Assembly: GCA_964276515.1 (NCBI GenBank)
Contig: OZ193909.1
Location: 4,650,001 to 4,714,000 of the forward strand
DNA length: 64,000 bases
Source: Gordius albopunctatus
Taxonomy: Eukaryota
Direction of reading: 5' to 3'
The position numbers were made by a program, and so were the translations under genes. Within the stretch, counting starts at the first letter, position 1; the number at the start of each line of letters is the position of its first letter. The notes under the pieces were generated by a model. It worked only from the letters and a program-made list of their open reading frames with translations. It was not told the origin of the DNA and did no database searches. Positions 25,001-38,500 of this stretch are shown here, piece by piece.

Positions 25001-28000
25001 TTCGATTAAAAACATCTTAAAATTTACTCATTTGATTTAATATTAAAAACATATGGTGAATGACAGTTTCATTTAAAGTAAATATACTAAGGGTTTAACT
25101 TTAAGATTTAACCTCAATTTATTGAATACAGATTTGGCACTGTTAGTTAAACATAGGCTAGCCAGAGGGTGGCAGGGAGGGCGAATGCTCCCCTCTAAAT
25201 TCAAACAATTACCATTTTACCCCTACCTATGGGAAAACGCTTAGCACTAGCGCGCTTAGCACTTCCCCGCTGATAGAAATAGTCTATTATATACGCTATG
25301 TCTACTAGCACATAGTCACTTTAAGTGCTATAAGCTATAGGAGATGGGAGGTTTGAGGCGCTAAAGCTATAGCCGATACCACTTAAATGCGCTAGAGCTA
25401 TAGCACGGCGCTAACATTGATAATAATGATTTTAATGAAAACAATAGAGTATAATATGAACTTGTGCGTACTCACCCATGTTATTGTATTTTAATAAACA
25501 ATTTAAAAAATTATTCTCAATGTTAGGGCCGTGCTATAGCTCTAGCGCATTTAAGTGCTATCGGCTATAGCTTTAGCGCCCCAAAGCTCCCATCTCCCAT
25601 AGCTTTAGCGCTCAACCTCCCATCTCCTATAGCTTATAGCACTTAAAGTGACTATGTGCTAGTAGACATAGCAGCATATGGTTGCTATGTGCTATAGCTT
25701 TAGCTCCTTAAAAACGCTATTTCCCCATTGTACCCCTCTAATTCTAATGCTGGCTACGTCCACTTGATTAAATATATATACATATACCATATAATGTTTG
25801 ACAGCATCAAAATTTTCATGAGTAAAAACAATTATATATGAAAACTCCCTCTATTCCAAACTTTTAAACATTTAAAGCTTTAAAATACAAAAAATTAGAG
25901 ACATTTTTTTATAATTAATACAAATTTTTGGGTCGTGTATAATTTAATTTTTGCATTTGATATTTTTAAAAATTAAAAGGTAGTACATATTCTTAGTGAA
26001 GGGAGAGAAACGGGGTTTTTAGGTATTATTTGCATATAGTAGTCTCAAGATACAATTGGGAGGGAGTGTTCAGCTGCTAGAATTTTTATTATATTTATTA
26101 ATTTCATTTGGCTAGAGCATGCTATTATTTTTAAAAATCCAAAACTCTTAATATGCCTTATTCTAGTGCCATTCATTACATGAAATTTAGAAATTTATTT
26201 AATGAAATTCTCCAAATTTTAAAATTTTTGAATTACATTTTTAAAATTTGCTTAAATATTTCTCCAATCTTATAAATTAAATCAATAATTTTAGTGCTAT
26301 TTTACTTAAAAATAGACGCTCAGCACGGCGTTCTCAGGTATTTGTACGAAAAGGGTATCAATTGCCCACAAATTATTCCCAACATACGGGGAGAGGATTA
26401 CATGATAGAAAAGCTTTTACACGAAAAAGAACAAAATACACCGTCTAGAAATATTAATGGTATTTAATCATAAATTATGCCCTTCATAAGTTTTAAATTC
26501 GACATAAGTTTATAAAAAGTTTGGTCTAATTTTTGATTCCAGATATTAGTTTGGAATTTTAACCTATTTAATATGGAAAACTATTATTACTTAATCTATA
26601 TGGCCCAAAACCCGACATTTTATTAAACTAATATCTCTAGGACACTGGTAAGTATTAGCTGTCATTAGATCCTGAAAGTCTATCTAAATGTATCAGAATG
26701 ATGTATATGTTTATAAGTCATATATAAAATATAATTACCAATTACATTTAAGTGTTTTTTAATTAAAGCTCCTTAATTTGGAACAAAAACAAGGTAGACT
26801 TTACAATGGCGTCGACGAATTTGTTTTAGGTTAACCTTAGCCTAGTTACCATGTTAAGATATGCCCAATCCGATATTGTTTATTGCATAACAAATAAAAA
26901 AAAACCCAATCAAGTTATATAAGGCAAAATAGGAATTTTCCTAGAAGCTTTATTTATTTTGAGAGACACAATTTTTGGTTTTTAAATTCAATTTTTAAGT
27001 TTCAAATGTGTATGTCTGTAGCCTACGGCCTTTACCTGATTAGAATGTTCAATTTCATACCGGGTAGTATTTTGAACGAAATCACGGTCACCGCCGATAT
27101 TTGCTACCAAGCGGGCAAATACATCGGTAAAATCGACAAGTATTTACTGGTAAGCATACATATATCACAGGTTTAGTTTCCCAAAGGTTTTTCCGTCTTT
27201 TTTTCTTAGTCGCATAATCAAAGATTTTTTGGTCAAAACTTTGGTAAAGTTAGTCGACTAAAACCACAGGTCTATCAGACAAACCCCAGCCATTTTTACA
27301 ACACTAGTTAAATTTTACTTGAGAACATCATATTATTAATATGCTAAACGAAAGCAAGGCGAATTTGTAAAATAATTTAAAATATACGTTTTTATGAAAG
27401 TGGGTCGTCATTTGACTTATAATTCTGATTGGTAAATTATTTTTTAATAGACAGTGATATTTAAAAAATTTATTTTTCCTTGTTGTAAAAATTTAGATTA
27501 TTAGTATTAAAAAAGAAGCGGTTTTCTTCTTTTAAACAAAGCTATCTTGCCCTAATAATTTTTAAAATTGTTGGGACTTTTTCCTATTAAGATTTTCTCT
27601 AAAATTTTTAGTGAAATAGACCTAGAGTCAATATTTTCACAAAATATGTATTTTTCGACTAATAATATCTTTATAAAAAAGTATAAAATTTTTTTAAAAA
27701 TATTTTTTCTTTGAGCGCGATTCGGTATTTTATGGAGATATAAAGCCGCGTTTCAAAATTATAATGCTGGTTGAAACATTAATAGCAAGCAGGTTTTCTC
27801 TTTATAAATTCGCGATTTTTCTAAGATAACCTCAAATGCATATAATTCGGGCCATAGAATACATTTTATTTTACAAGTATTTAGTTTAAGACTAGGATTT
27901 TTTGTAATTCTTTATAATTGCCCTCAGGTCAATCGCTTAAATAATTTATAAAACCCTCCTGTCTTTTAATGATAGAATAGAAACCACAATTAACGAGTAT

Positions 28001-31000
28001 TGTAGAAAGGGATCTAAACTTTTACTAGTAACGAATAAATCAACATACAGAGAAAAACATTGTTTTTAAATTTTAATGCAGTTTTCTTGCATTTTACCAT
28101 GATTCTATTGCTTCTCACACTAAGTATTTAATTTATATTTAAGGTTCTTGCTCTATGCAAAAAACTTTACATACAATAATTTACTAAAAGTGATAATTCA
28201 AATGTCGCAATGTGATTTAACAAAAACATATTTACTTGAACCCTTTTAAGAAAATTCGGACAAAGGTTTAACAAGTTTCAGCAATTTTTTCCATGATTAT
28301 TTCATTATTGTATGCCGAGGCAAATTTTGGTTATAAAGCAAAGAAGTTTAAATTCATGGGCTTAGTATGGATTTGAAATAGGGGTTAAGCTTCAAAACAA
28401 CTTTATAAGTCGATCAAAAAAATTTTAATTGATTTTAAAGCCTGCGGGAAATATTCGAGATTCGATTCGATTCAAAATCCGACTTCGAATCCTTATGTGT
28501 AAATTTTGAATCGAATATTTAGTTGCTAAGATTCAAAAATATGAATCGAATCTTTGAAAAAGGATTCGTAAAATATTTTTTTTAGTTTATTTTAAATAGA
28601 CGAGACTAATATAATTAAGATGTTTTTAACTTTACGCAAATTTTTTTCCCCTATCACTGATTTTAAATTTTATGAGCATATACATAATATATAAAAAAAG
28701 TTATTTTTTATATATTTTATGAAATTCAACTTACATAAAATATCAATATTTTGCTAACAACTAGGTTAATCGTTTTTAAAGTTCATAATTATTTTTTTAC
28801 TTATCCATTATACTTTAACATAGATTATTAAACTAAAAATAATATACTTTTAACTGAAGAAGAAAAAAAAGTTAATGAGACCATTTCACATAGAATAAAG
28901 CATCGAATAACCTTTGAATTATCGGTTCGCTTTTAATATTTTTATATTCAATCTCTGTCTTTCTATAAAATTTTTTTTTGAAATTTATATATTTATTCGA
29001 TTTTTAGTAATTAAATAAACTTAAAAATATTCGAATAATTTTTTTTCGAATCGAATCCTCATTCTAATATTCGTCGAATCTCGAATCGAATATTTCATTC
29101 GTTTAAATTTTGAATTGGAATCGAATACCAAAATTATTAGATTTAATTCGAAATCCACATGCGTATTATTTATTAAAGATTCATAGTTACCAAAAACTTG
29201 ATAAACTTTCTATGAAAGGAGTACCATCACAAAGGCTTAGAAGGCCACAAAACTATTTGGAGCGTTGAAAGTGTTCCCAAATTGACTGACTTTACTTATG
29301 CCATTCGCGACCCAAAAAGACGCGAACTATGCACTGCAGTCATTGAAAAATTCACACAAACCGTGGTACCACAATACCCTGGCTTCAAAAGAGGTTTACT
29401 TTACACAAATTCTAAAAAATTTTTAAAACTCCATATTATCCTTTAAAAAATAGTGGTAAATTATTTAGAAGAAATTTCTCGAAGTATATTCATGGTTTAA
29501 CCTTGGATTAGGTTAAATTGTCAAAACAACTATATAAATGTTTATGTTCGATAATTCTAAAATTTAAGGTTTTGAGGAAAAATTGTTTTAAATAAAGCAT
29601 ATATTTCGCTTTTCCATGGTGTTTATTAGAAATTAGGTAAAATTGTCAATAGTTTATAAATAATTTTCAAAGACTTAAATAAGGTTCTCACATCAAAAAA
29701 TATGTATTTAATCCAAAAACATTATTAATTTTATTAAATACAACTAAGGCGTAATCCATGGGGATTTCAACGAACAAAATATAGTGTGTAAAAAATCTCG
29801 AACCGGCCAAGAACAAATCTATGGTGTCATAGATTTCGGGGACGTTCACATCTCTTACTACTTGTTTGAACTTGCCCTTTGCATAACTTACATGATGCTT
29901 AAAGTTGACGATGGTGAAATTTATACCTGTGGGGGTCACGTTTTAGCTGGGTATTTGGAAGAGATGGATTTAACTACGGAAGAATTGAATTGTTTGCAAG
30001 TAATGTTCATAAAACAACAACAAAAGCACGTTTTTTTGGGTAAAGTTTCGTCATGAAATGTATTTTGACATAAGATTAGTAGTAGATTTCTGCATCCTAG
30101 GAGTATTTACAAGACTCCTATATTAATTTAAATGCAGGCCTAATTTATCGGAATTATTGAATTGACGCAGTAATATTAATATGTATGATGAGCGTGACCA
30201 GGATTTAAACTAGAGGGGGGGGCAATAATACTTTAGGGACGGGCAAAATAGTAATTTTATGAAATTTAAGCCATAATTATATTAAATTTTTAAGAATTTC
30301 TGACTTTAGAGGGGGCAGCCGCCCCTCTGTATGTTAATATATATTTACATCAGTATTAAAAATAAGGGGATTTTCTAATGATTGAGAGAGAATGTATATA
30401 CCTAATGTGGATATTCTGTACTTTTTGGGAAATCTTCTACTCCAGTTGGGCATTGGAGTCGTCGGGCGTATGAATGATACGTGCGTCGAGTTTTGGGTTA
30501 GCGTAACATAGATAGGGGGGGGGGGGTTTCGACATAAACATACCAAACTTTTTTTGGTCTGGGTCTTCTTAGTCGACCTCTAGGCTTGGTGGAAATTTGA
30601 AAAAGAGACCAGAAGCGACCGTTAGTCTTAGTTAAACCAAAGGTCTACCAAACAAAACCCAGCAGTTTTTTCAACACTAATAAAAATTTATTGATTAAAA
30701 ATGGTTAAATAAGATTTGTTTTTATAAAGTTAGATTATTACGTTAAAGTTATTAGTTGAATGAAATTTAGCAAGAGATATTGAGTTTTTTAAGAACTTAT
30801 CATCTTTTAAACTACGAATACCAAAAATCAAATTGACTTTATATAAGTTTCAAAGGTGAACTTGGCCTAAAAGTTTTATTGGAAAATATCGGATCGGACC
30901 AAAAATAAAAAAGGCATTTAGTACTCCAGAAAATTAGAAATAGGAACATCGGACTCGGCTGGGGCCAAAAAAAATCCATTTTGTAGGGTTTTAATTAGAG

Positions 31001-34000
31001 ATGCACCGATACCAAGTATCGGCATGGTATCGGCGCCGATACCTTGCCAAAAGAATCGGCCCGATACTTTGCTAGTATCGGCAATTACCAAGCCGATACC
31101 TTTTTCAATATGAAACTCAAAAAATAATATTTATAGTATCTCCTACCATTAAAAATAGAGGACTTTTTAAATTTTTTGAAAATTTTTTCATTTGATTGGC
31201 TATAAATATTTCTATGTGGAGTATAATAAACTCATTGACCATCTGTTCCGAATAACTGCGCTTTTAAGTAAATATTGTTTTATTTTAAAAATTATTATAT
31301 ATTAAGCCTTAGATGGATTCTTTAGATACACTATGGAGTTATTTTGTTGTGTCAGCAGATGAAAAATTTGTAATCTGTGAATTATGCAAAGCTAAAATAA
31401 GTCGTGGGGGCAAAAACAAACATTCCTTTAATACTTCAAATTTAAGGAAACATTTAAAAGGTAGACATCCAATCGAATTTCGCAGTGTTCTTAAAAATGA
31501 AAGTGATATTAATACAAAAAAGATTAATTTGGATAAACAAAAACCAGCTTCTGGTATTCAATCTACATTAAAATAAGTGATTGAGCTTAATAAAATGTGG
31601 GATAGTACACATGATAAAGCAGAGAGTATTACTCAATTAATTGCTGAAATGATTGCATTGGACTCACAACCCTTTTAAATTGTAGAAGATATTGGATTTA
31701 ATAGATTAATAAAAAAAATTTGTCCTAAATATGTCATTCCAAGTCGACGTTATTTTTCGGAAACTGCTTTAAGTAAAATGTATGTTAATATTAAAAAAAA
31801 AATAATGGAAGAAATTACTAATGATAAAAAACAATTTTCTTATGATACAATGTTTTTTAATTTTACAACGGATATATGGTCTAGAAAAGCAGCAACAGAT
31901 GCCCATATGAGCCTCACCTGCCAATATATAACCAAAGATTTTTACTTAAAATCAAGAACATTAAATGTACTTACATTTAATGAAAAACATACCTCAGATA
32001 ATATTAAAAATGAAATTGAAAAGGCTCTTGAATTAATTAATAACAAAATTTATTATTATAAATTAATATTATATTATAAATTATAATTACAATTGTTTTA
32101 TCGTCAAAATTCTGATCTACCAAAATTTGTATGTGACTTAATTTATAATATTTAATTTGCATATATTTTTTAGTATAAAAATTTTTTTAATTGCTATGCA
32201 ATTTATGGGCTCGTTTTTGGTTGTCCGTCCGTCCGTCCGTCCGTCTACCAAGTTATTTACACCAGCTTCCCGACCTGGAGGTTGCGGGTTCGAGACCCGG
32301 AGAGGACAAAATTTTTTTTTTTTTTTTTAAATTAAATTAATATTTTTTTCTTGTTAATACCATTGATAATATGACTTTTTGACCGTCCGCAGGCTACTGA
32401 CCAATGAAAAAATGACCACTGGCCAGATAAATCGAAATTTTTAATTTTTCGTTTTTGAATAGTTTAACATTGATAATTACCCTATGCCGTCCCCTACAAG
32501 GGCCTATGGCTCTATTTATATGGTTCCCTGTTCCTATCCAAAGGCTTATGCCTCTATTTAATGCGGGTTTGAATCCCTGCGAACGTTCTAAATTGATGGT
32601 TCGAGACCCGGAGAGGACAAAAATTTTTATTTTTTTTAAATTAAATTAATATATTGTTCTTGTTAATACCATTGATAATATGAATTTTTGACCGTCCGCA
32701 GGCTACTGACCAATGAAAAAATGACCACTTGCCAGATAAATCGAAATTTTTAATTTTTCGTTTTTGAATAGTTTAACATTGATAATTACCCTATGCCCTC
32801 CCCTACAAGGGCCTATTTTATATGGTTCCCTGTTCCCCTCCAAAGGCTTATGCCTCTATTTAATGTGGGTTCGAATCCCGGAGAGGGCAAAATTTTTATT
32901 TTTTTAATTAATTTAATATTTTGTTCTTGTTAATACCATTGATAATATGACTTTTTGACCGTCCGCTGGCTACTGACCAATGAAAAAATGAACATTGGCC
33001 AAATAAATCCTAATTTTTCGTTTTTCCTTTTTGAATAAGTTTACATTGATAATTGAAAAAAATTACCATTGGCCAAATAAATCAAAATTTTTTGTTCGTT
33101 TTTGAATAGGTTAACATTGATAATTACCCTATACTTTTTAATAATTGCTATGCAATTTATCTAGTTTTTGGGTTAGAATCCCGGAGTTTTTTTTGACTCT
33201 TATGATTGTTCTTGTTACTATCAATGATAATAAGACTTTTTGGCCGTCCGCTGGCTGCTGACCAATGAAAAAAATGACCATTGGCCAAAATGTGTATCCG
33301 AGTTTATTTTTTCGTTTTTTTTTGAATATTATGATTGTTCCTGTTCCTACCATTGCTATTATGACTTTTTGGCCGTCCGCTGGCTGCTGACCAATGGAAT
33401 AAAATGACCATTGGCCAAAATGTGTATCCGAGTTTATTTTTTCGTTTTTTTTGAATATTATGATTGTTCCTGTTCCTACCATTGCTATTATGACTTTTTG
33501 GCCGTCCGCTGGCTGCTGACCAATGGAATAAAATGACCATTGGCCAAAATGTGATTCGAAAATTTTTTTTTCGTTTTTTTTTGACTGTTATGAATTTATA
33601 TCCACTTTTACCGTGTCCTGGCTGCTGACCAATGGAAAAAAATGACCATTGGCCAAAATGTGAATCAAAATTATTTTTTCCGTTTTTTTTGACTATTATG
33701 ATTGTTCCTGTTCCTACCATTGCTATTATGACTTTTTGGCCGCCCGCTGGCTGCTGACCAATGGAATAAAATGACCATTGGCCAAAATGTGATTCGAAAA
33801 CTTTTTTTTCGTTTTTTTTTGACTGTTATGAATTTATATCCACTTTTACCGTGTCCTGGCTGCTGAGCAATGGAAAAAAATGACCATTGGCCAAAATGTG
33901 TATCCGAGTTTATTTTTTCGTTTTTTTTGAATATTATGATTGTTCCTGTTCCTACCATTGCTATTATGACTTTTTGGCCGTCCGCTGGCTGCTGACCAAT

Positions 34001-35096
34001 GGAATAAAATGACCATTGGCCAAAATGTGATTCGAAAATTTTTTTTTCGTTTTTTTTTGACCATTATGAATTTATATCCACTTTTACCGTGTCCTGGCTG
34101 CTGACCAATGGAAAAAAATGACCATTGGCCAAAATGTGAATCGAAATTATTTTTTCCGTTTTTTTTGACTATTATGATTGTTCCTGTTCCTACCATTGCT
34201 ATTATGACTTTTTGGCCGTCCGCTGGCTGCTGACCAATGGAATAAAATAACCATTGGCCAAAATGTGATTCGAAAACTTTTTTTTCGTTTTTTTTGACTA
34301 TTATGAATTTATATCCACTTTTACCGTGTCCTGGCTGCTGACCAATGGAAAAAATGACCTTTGGCCAAAATGTGATTCGAAAATTTTTTTTTCGTTTTTT
34401 TGACTATTATGATTGTTCCTGTTCCTACCATTGCTATTATGACTTTTTGGTAATACAACTCCCGTTGAATTTAACTAACCATAAAGCTTCCCCTTCGCTC
34501 CCTCTCTCCCCCTTTATGATATTTGGCATATACACTTATTTAGTGCTTCCAACCTTCGTTTTGCAATATTCACGTAAGTATTTCCATAAATTGCATAGCA
34601 AATATGATACATTTATACGGAGTGTAGATGAGTTCCCCCTTCCTTCCCCTCCTCCCCTTCCCCCTTCCCACGAGGGCCGAAGGCCCGAGTTTATTATAAG
34701 TATCGGCATGGTATCGGTATCGGCAAAAAAATCTTAAGTATCGGCTGGTATCGGTATCGGCATAAAATAGTGGTATCGGTGCATCTCTAGTTTTAATCTT
34801 TGTCGACATATAATAAAATATTAATTAATTAATAAATAGAAAACAATAAAACAAAGTTTCAAAAGAATTTTTTGTCATTTTCAATATAGGTTTGTATATG
34901 TGCGAGGTTATGCCAGTCTTTGACCATGGGCGAATACACTTATTCCCTAGATCCTGGAAACGAATATTTACTAACTTCAGCTAAAAGGGGTTGGCACGTC
35001 CTTGACAAGATTTGGAACATTGACCGAGAGCCTCTTTTCAATGTTTGGGATGAAATTATAATCGATTACCAAAATAAATGTTCAACCGATTTGTGA
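22042..35096 (+). CDS. HYKK: Hydroxylysine kinase-like (AGPHD1; APH/choline kinase fold)
   Basis: Exons 22042-22146, 23431-23587, 26316-26459, 27022-27149, 29219-29393, 29749-29999, 34890-35096, phase-consistent. Motifs: IKP..VYGMKV..MNSYDDKNYH, GYVFKILN, IRMFNFIPG, VIHGDFNEQNI (Brenner motif), GVIDFGD, LFELA, VLAGY, ARLCQSLTMG..DPGNEYLL..AKRGW. Confidence 0.93.
22525..23243 (+). mobile_element. hAT-type non-autonomous element with cccga/tcggg subterminal repeats
   Basis: 22895-23243 is highly similar to 47232-47603 and has the same terminus (aaatct.acctctg). Confidence 0.75.
23933..24134. mobile_element. hAT MITE, family B (tagagttgttaaattgctaactttcttca TIR)
   Basis: About 27-bp TIRs and perfect 8-bp TSD gccctagc. 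Confidence 0.92.
25225..25730. mobile_element. MITE with long internal inverted repeats, nested in a family A MITE
   Basis: About 110-bp inverted arms (about 25298-25409 vs 25528-25670), ends atgggaaaa / ttccccattg, tacccct on both flanks. Confidence 0.7.
28437..29165. mobile_element. Non-autonomous TIR element with ttcgaatc subterminal repeats
   Basis: Clusters of ttcga/gaatcgaat at both ends; the 3' part is similar to about 11265-11497. Confidence 0.65.
31313..32040 (+). pseudogene. hAT transposase N-terminal part (BED zinc finger, start of catalytic domain)
   Basis: LWSYF..ICELCKAKISRGG..FNTSNLRKHLKGRHP (BED), IAEMIALDSQPF*IVEDIGF..PKYVIPSRRYFS, FTTDIWS. Two premature stops; C-terminus missing. 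Confidence 0.9.
32182..34692 (+). mobile_element. DINE-1/HINE-like (Helentron-associated) non-autonomous element
   Basis: Subterminal inverted repeat ttgctatgcaatttatg (32191-32207) / cataaattgcatagcaa (34585-34601), (GTCC)n at 32223-32245, central tandem repeats, 3' stem-loop gggcc-gaa-ggccc (34674-34686), T-rich flanks and no TSD. Confidence 0.8.
33180..34450. repeat. Satellite-like array, about 129 and 110 bp monomers forming a 238-bp higher-order unit
   Basis: About 10 monomers with core ggctgctgaccaatgga..aaatgaccattggccaaaatgtg. The 238-bp period shows in the spurious ORF starts at 33482, 33720, 33958 and 34196. Confidence 0.95.
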
Positions 35097-35527
35097 ATTT
35101 CTCTTTACATTTTATACACAAAATTTATTACAAGTTTTTGTTACATGGTATTATAAATTAACATTGTGCCTTCCCATTTGGACTTGTCCCATGATTAATT
35201 TATCGGGTTACTCTAAGCGTTCATATAATTTAAAAGGAAAGCAAGGAGGAAAACATATTGATCACATAGTAACGAACACTTTTATAAGCCTAGCAAACTC
35301 TTCCACAGCAATCATACCATCATTTTCGCCTAATTTATTTTTGTTAAACAATATATACATAATTTCACGTCGCTTATAGTACACAAATAGAAATACGCCC
35401 TACATAGATTTTAGTTTATTTGCGCGTGAAATTATTATAAATTAAACGAGTATACGAACAAATAACACGTGTGTGTGAATATTAATAAATAATTGGGAAG
35501 CCGCTGAATAAATGTCCTGGTTAATTA

Positions 35528-38500
35528 TTATTTAAAAGCGTCAAACTCGGCAAAGACTTCGAATCCACCTTGATGTTTTTGCTGATCTTTAGGAGCAAAT
35601 GGATCTTGGTCAAAACCCTAGTTTCATAGTTAATACATTTAACATTGCATTAAAATTCTCATTTTTTAACGTAACTAGACTTCCTTAAAATATGACAATT
35701 TTATGAATATGATTTTTGAAATAGGACCTACTGAAAAGTCACACAAGCATGATTGGTTAAAGTTTACTAATGTCACTTATAAATTTTTGGAGCAATTTTA
35801 AAAGCATTAGATTAGAATTTATTGGAAACCAAATTACACGCAAGTTATTTTAAGCGTTTTCCTACATGGCAAAAAATATTAGCAGAAATTTTTCTAAAAC
35901 TTTTATATAAGCTTGATTAAGTCAATTTATATTTAAAATGGCACAACTTTTTACTTATAGCCAGTGTTTTATTGAAAATTTACAATCTTATCTTCTTGCT
36001 AGGAAGATTTTAAATCGCAAAAATAGGTTACTAAAAATACACATGTATATAAGAATCCAAAATTTGTAAGCAAAAATATACGAAAACACTGACTTTTTAA
36101 GTTTTAGGCAACAGGCAAAAAATAATTTATACAAACCTTATAACCACAACAACGTTCTGTTCTGGAGCACATAATTAGTGCCAAAAATTATCATTAGTAC
36201 CCTTAACGATCTAAATTTCAATCGGAGTATAAATTAGTTAAAAATAAGAAAAAATAGATGAATCAAGAGGAAAAGATTTTAACTTACCGTTGCAAATACG
36301 TCGGCCTTTTCCGTACGATTGTTGTGGTTCGCAAAAAGGTCGTCATGCTCTGCTAAATTTGCGAAAAATAGCTTTAAAATGGAAACTTAGGATTACCAAA
36401 AGATAATTTAGTCCAAATTTATTATTTCAAAATTTAAAAGTAGATGCCTAAAAATCTGCTTTTATCCAATGGAGCCTTATATTAATGCCAACGTATTTAT
36501 CCTTATTCCATAGGAATTTTAACTGTATATCATTTAAAAAAGGGTTAATTCTAGATATAGTTGTAAAAACGGTCAAGTTAACAAAGACTAACGGTCGCCT
36601 CTGTTTCGACTTGACCCAAACCCTAAAACCTTTGGTTCGTTAATGTTTAGTCATAAAGGTCGGCCAAAAAAACAGCCATTTTTGCAACACTGATTCTAAC
36701 ATTCTGAAAAACAATATGCTTTATATGGATTTATAGCTTATAAAACTAGGCCCAAATTATAAATACATAGATAGAGCCTGAAAATTGCTTTCTATTGGCC
36801 GCCCGGTCCGAGCATATTTTTATTTTTTCCGACCCGACCGAGGACGGCTTCACATCTGTTTTGAAATCCATAAGTAATTTATTACAACACCATAGATTAC
36901 ACCCCGTACAAACATTATATTTCTTATAATAGGGTTAAATTAACTTAAAAAATAATTAAAAATTATATATAGATCATGACTAGTTCGTGCCGATGCAGGG
37001 CTCTAGACATGATGCATAACATGTATAACACGGGCTTATAGCCAAGAATAAAGTTCAAAAAGTAACATAAGAATTGTATTGTTGCTCATACTATTTTTCG
37101 CGTTGTTGGCGAATGGATCGTGACCAAACTGAGATTTTGAGGCCTGTTCAGTAGTCGTACCGAGAGCGTTCTAAACCACAAAAGTATGTAAATTTATATT
37201 GTAGGCTAATATAAGCACATTTTCATAATTTAAGTAATATGCTAAATGCATTTTGGTGAATATATCTACCCTTATTAAATGGCTCATTCCTCACCAAATT
37301 AAATCGCAGGGGAAAAACTATGCAAAATACTTCTAAAATATTAGTAATTTGTTAAATTCTTTAGTATTTCAAAAATATTCCTGAATCCCGTTATGAGTTT
37401 AGCCTAGCATAAATTATAATAATAGGTCATCTCGGTAGACCTCCATTGCACAGTACGTACTTGCTGATTGTTGACCGGTGTAAATCCAAAAGCATCATCG
37501 AACGATGCGTTAAATGTCACAGGCTTTTCATCGAACGAATATTTTTCCTACAATATAAAACAACAGTCCACAATTACTAGCAAAATAGGCAAAAAATAAT
37601 TTATTTATATTAAATAAAATTAACCTGACTACTAATGTATTGCGGTCCTTTAAGATGTGGCGGTTTATTACCGCCGGGACCTTGCAGTTTTATTTCGCTA
37701 GCGGCTAGTTGTTGCTTCAATAAACTTTCTTCGCGCACCAAATTATCGATCGATTTTGAAGGTTTCATATTGGATCCATTTATTTTGTCAGACCCCTTAG
37801 CTAATTGCGCAATCTGAATTTACACGGCGTAAAAGCTTTAAAGCCTAAATTATTCCATTAAATGACCTATCCTGCAGCGCGCCATTTTACAGACGCGCCT
37901 CAATGGGAAGAAAGAGACTAAGAAGCCACAGCCTTATAAAGGTGCATCGTAAGACGCGCTTGCCCAGTATCTGTAAGGTCCATTTCTTTTTACTAATTCC
38001 CTCGCCCAAGGTCCTAAGTTGTTGTAGGAAGCAGAACCGCCACACGTGCCATTACATTAGCTACATTACCCATCACTAGAGTTGTTAAATTGCTAACTTT
38101 CTTCAACTCCAGCTACCATCTGCTCGAGTTTCTGCTCGATCCTCGAGCGTTTTTATATGCTAATGCTCTACCTAGTTCACCGAACAGAGAGCACATATTA
38201 TGCTAACGCGCATATTAAGCAACTCAGTGTTCGTGCTCGCGTCTGAAGTCTGAAGAAAGTTAGCAATTTAACAACTCTACCCATCACATTGATGAAACAA
38301 GTAAGGCATGGGGGGGGGGGAGGACACATCGTGTTGATGAGGACAATAACAACTAGCTAGCTAACAACCCCCCTTAGCATATAATATCTAATGGTCCATC
38401 GGGTCTCTATGCAAAAATAATAGAAGACTAGCTAGTGGTCGGTAGAGTTGTTAAATTGCTAACTTTCTTCAATTCCAGCTACCATCTGCTCGAGTTTCTG

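Larger units (their letters stand above)
30996..34789 (+). mobile_element. hAT transposon (BED-finger type), truncated and carrying a nested HINE, in HYKK intron 6
   Basis: TIR tagagatgcaccgatacc / ggtatcggtgcatctcta, perfect 8-bp TSD gttttaat, gtatcggc subterminal repeats. Confidence 0.95.

Noticed and set aside
33138..34450. CRISPR-like array or repeat-protein ORFs
   Set aside because: Units are fully repeated with no unique spacers, there are no cas genes, the context is eukaryotic, and the ORFs frameshift at poly-T runs.
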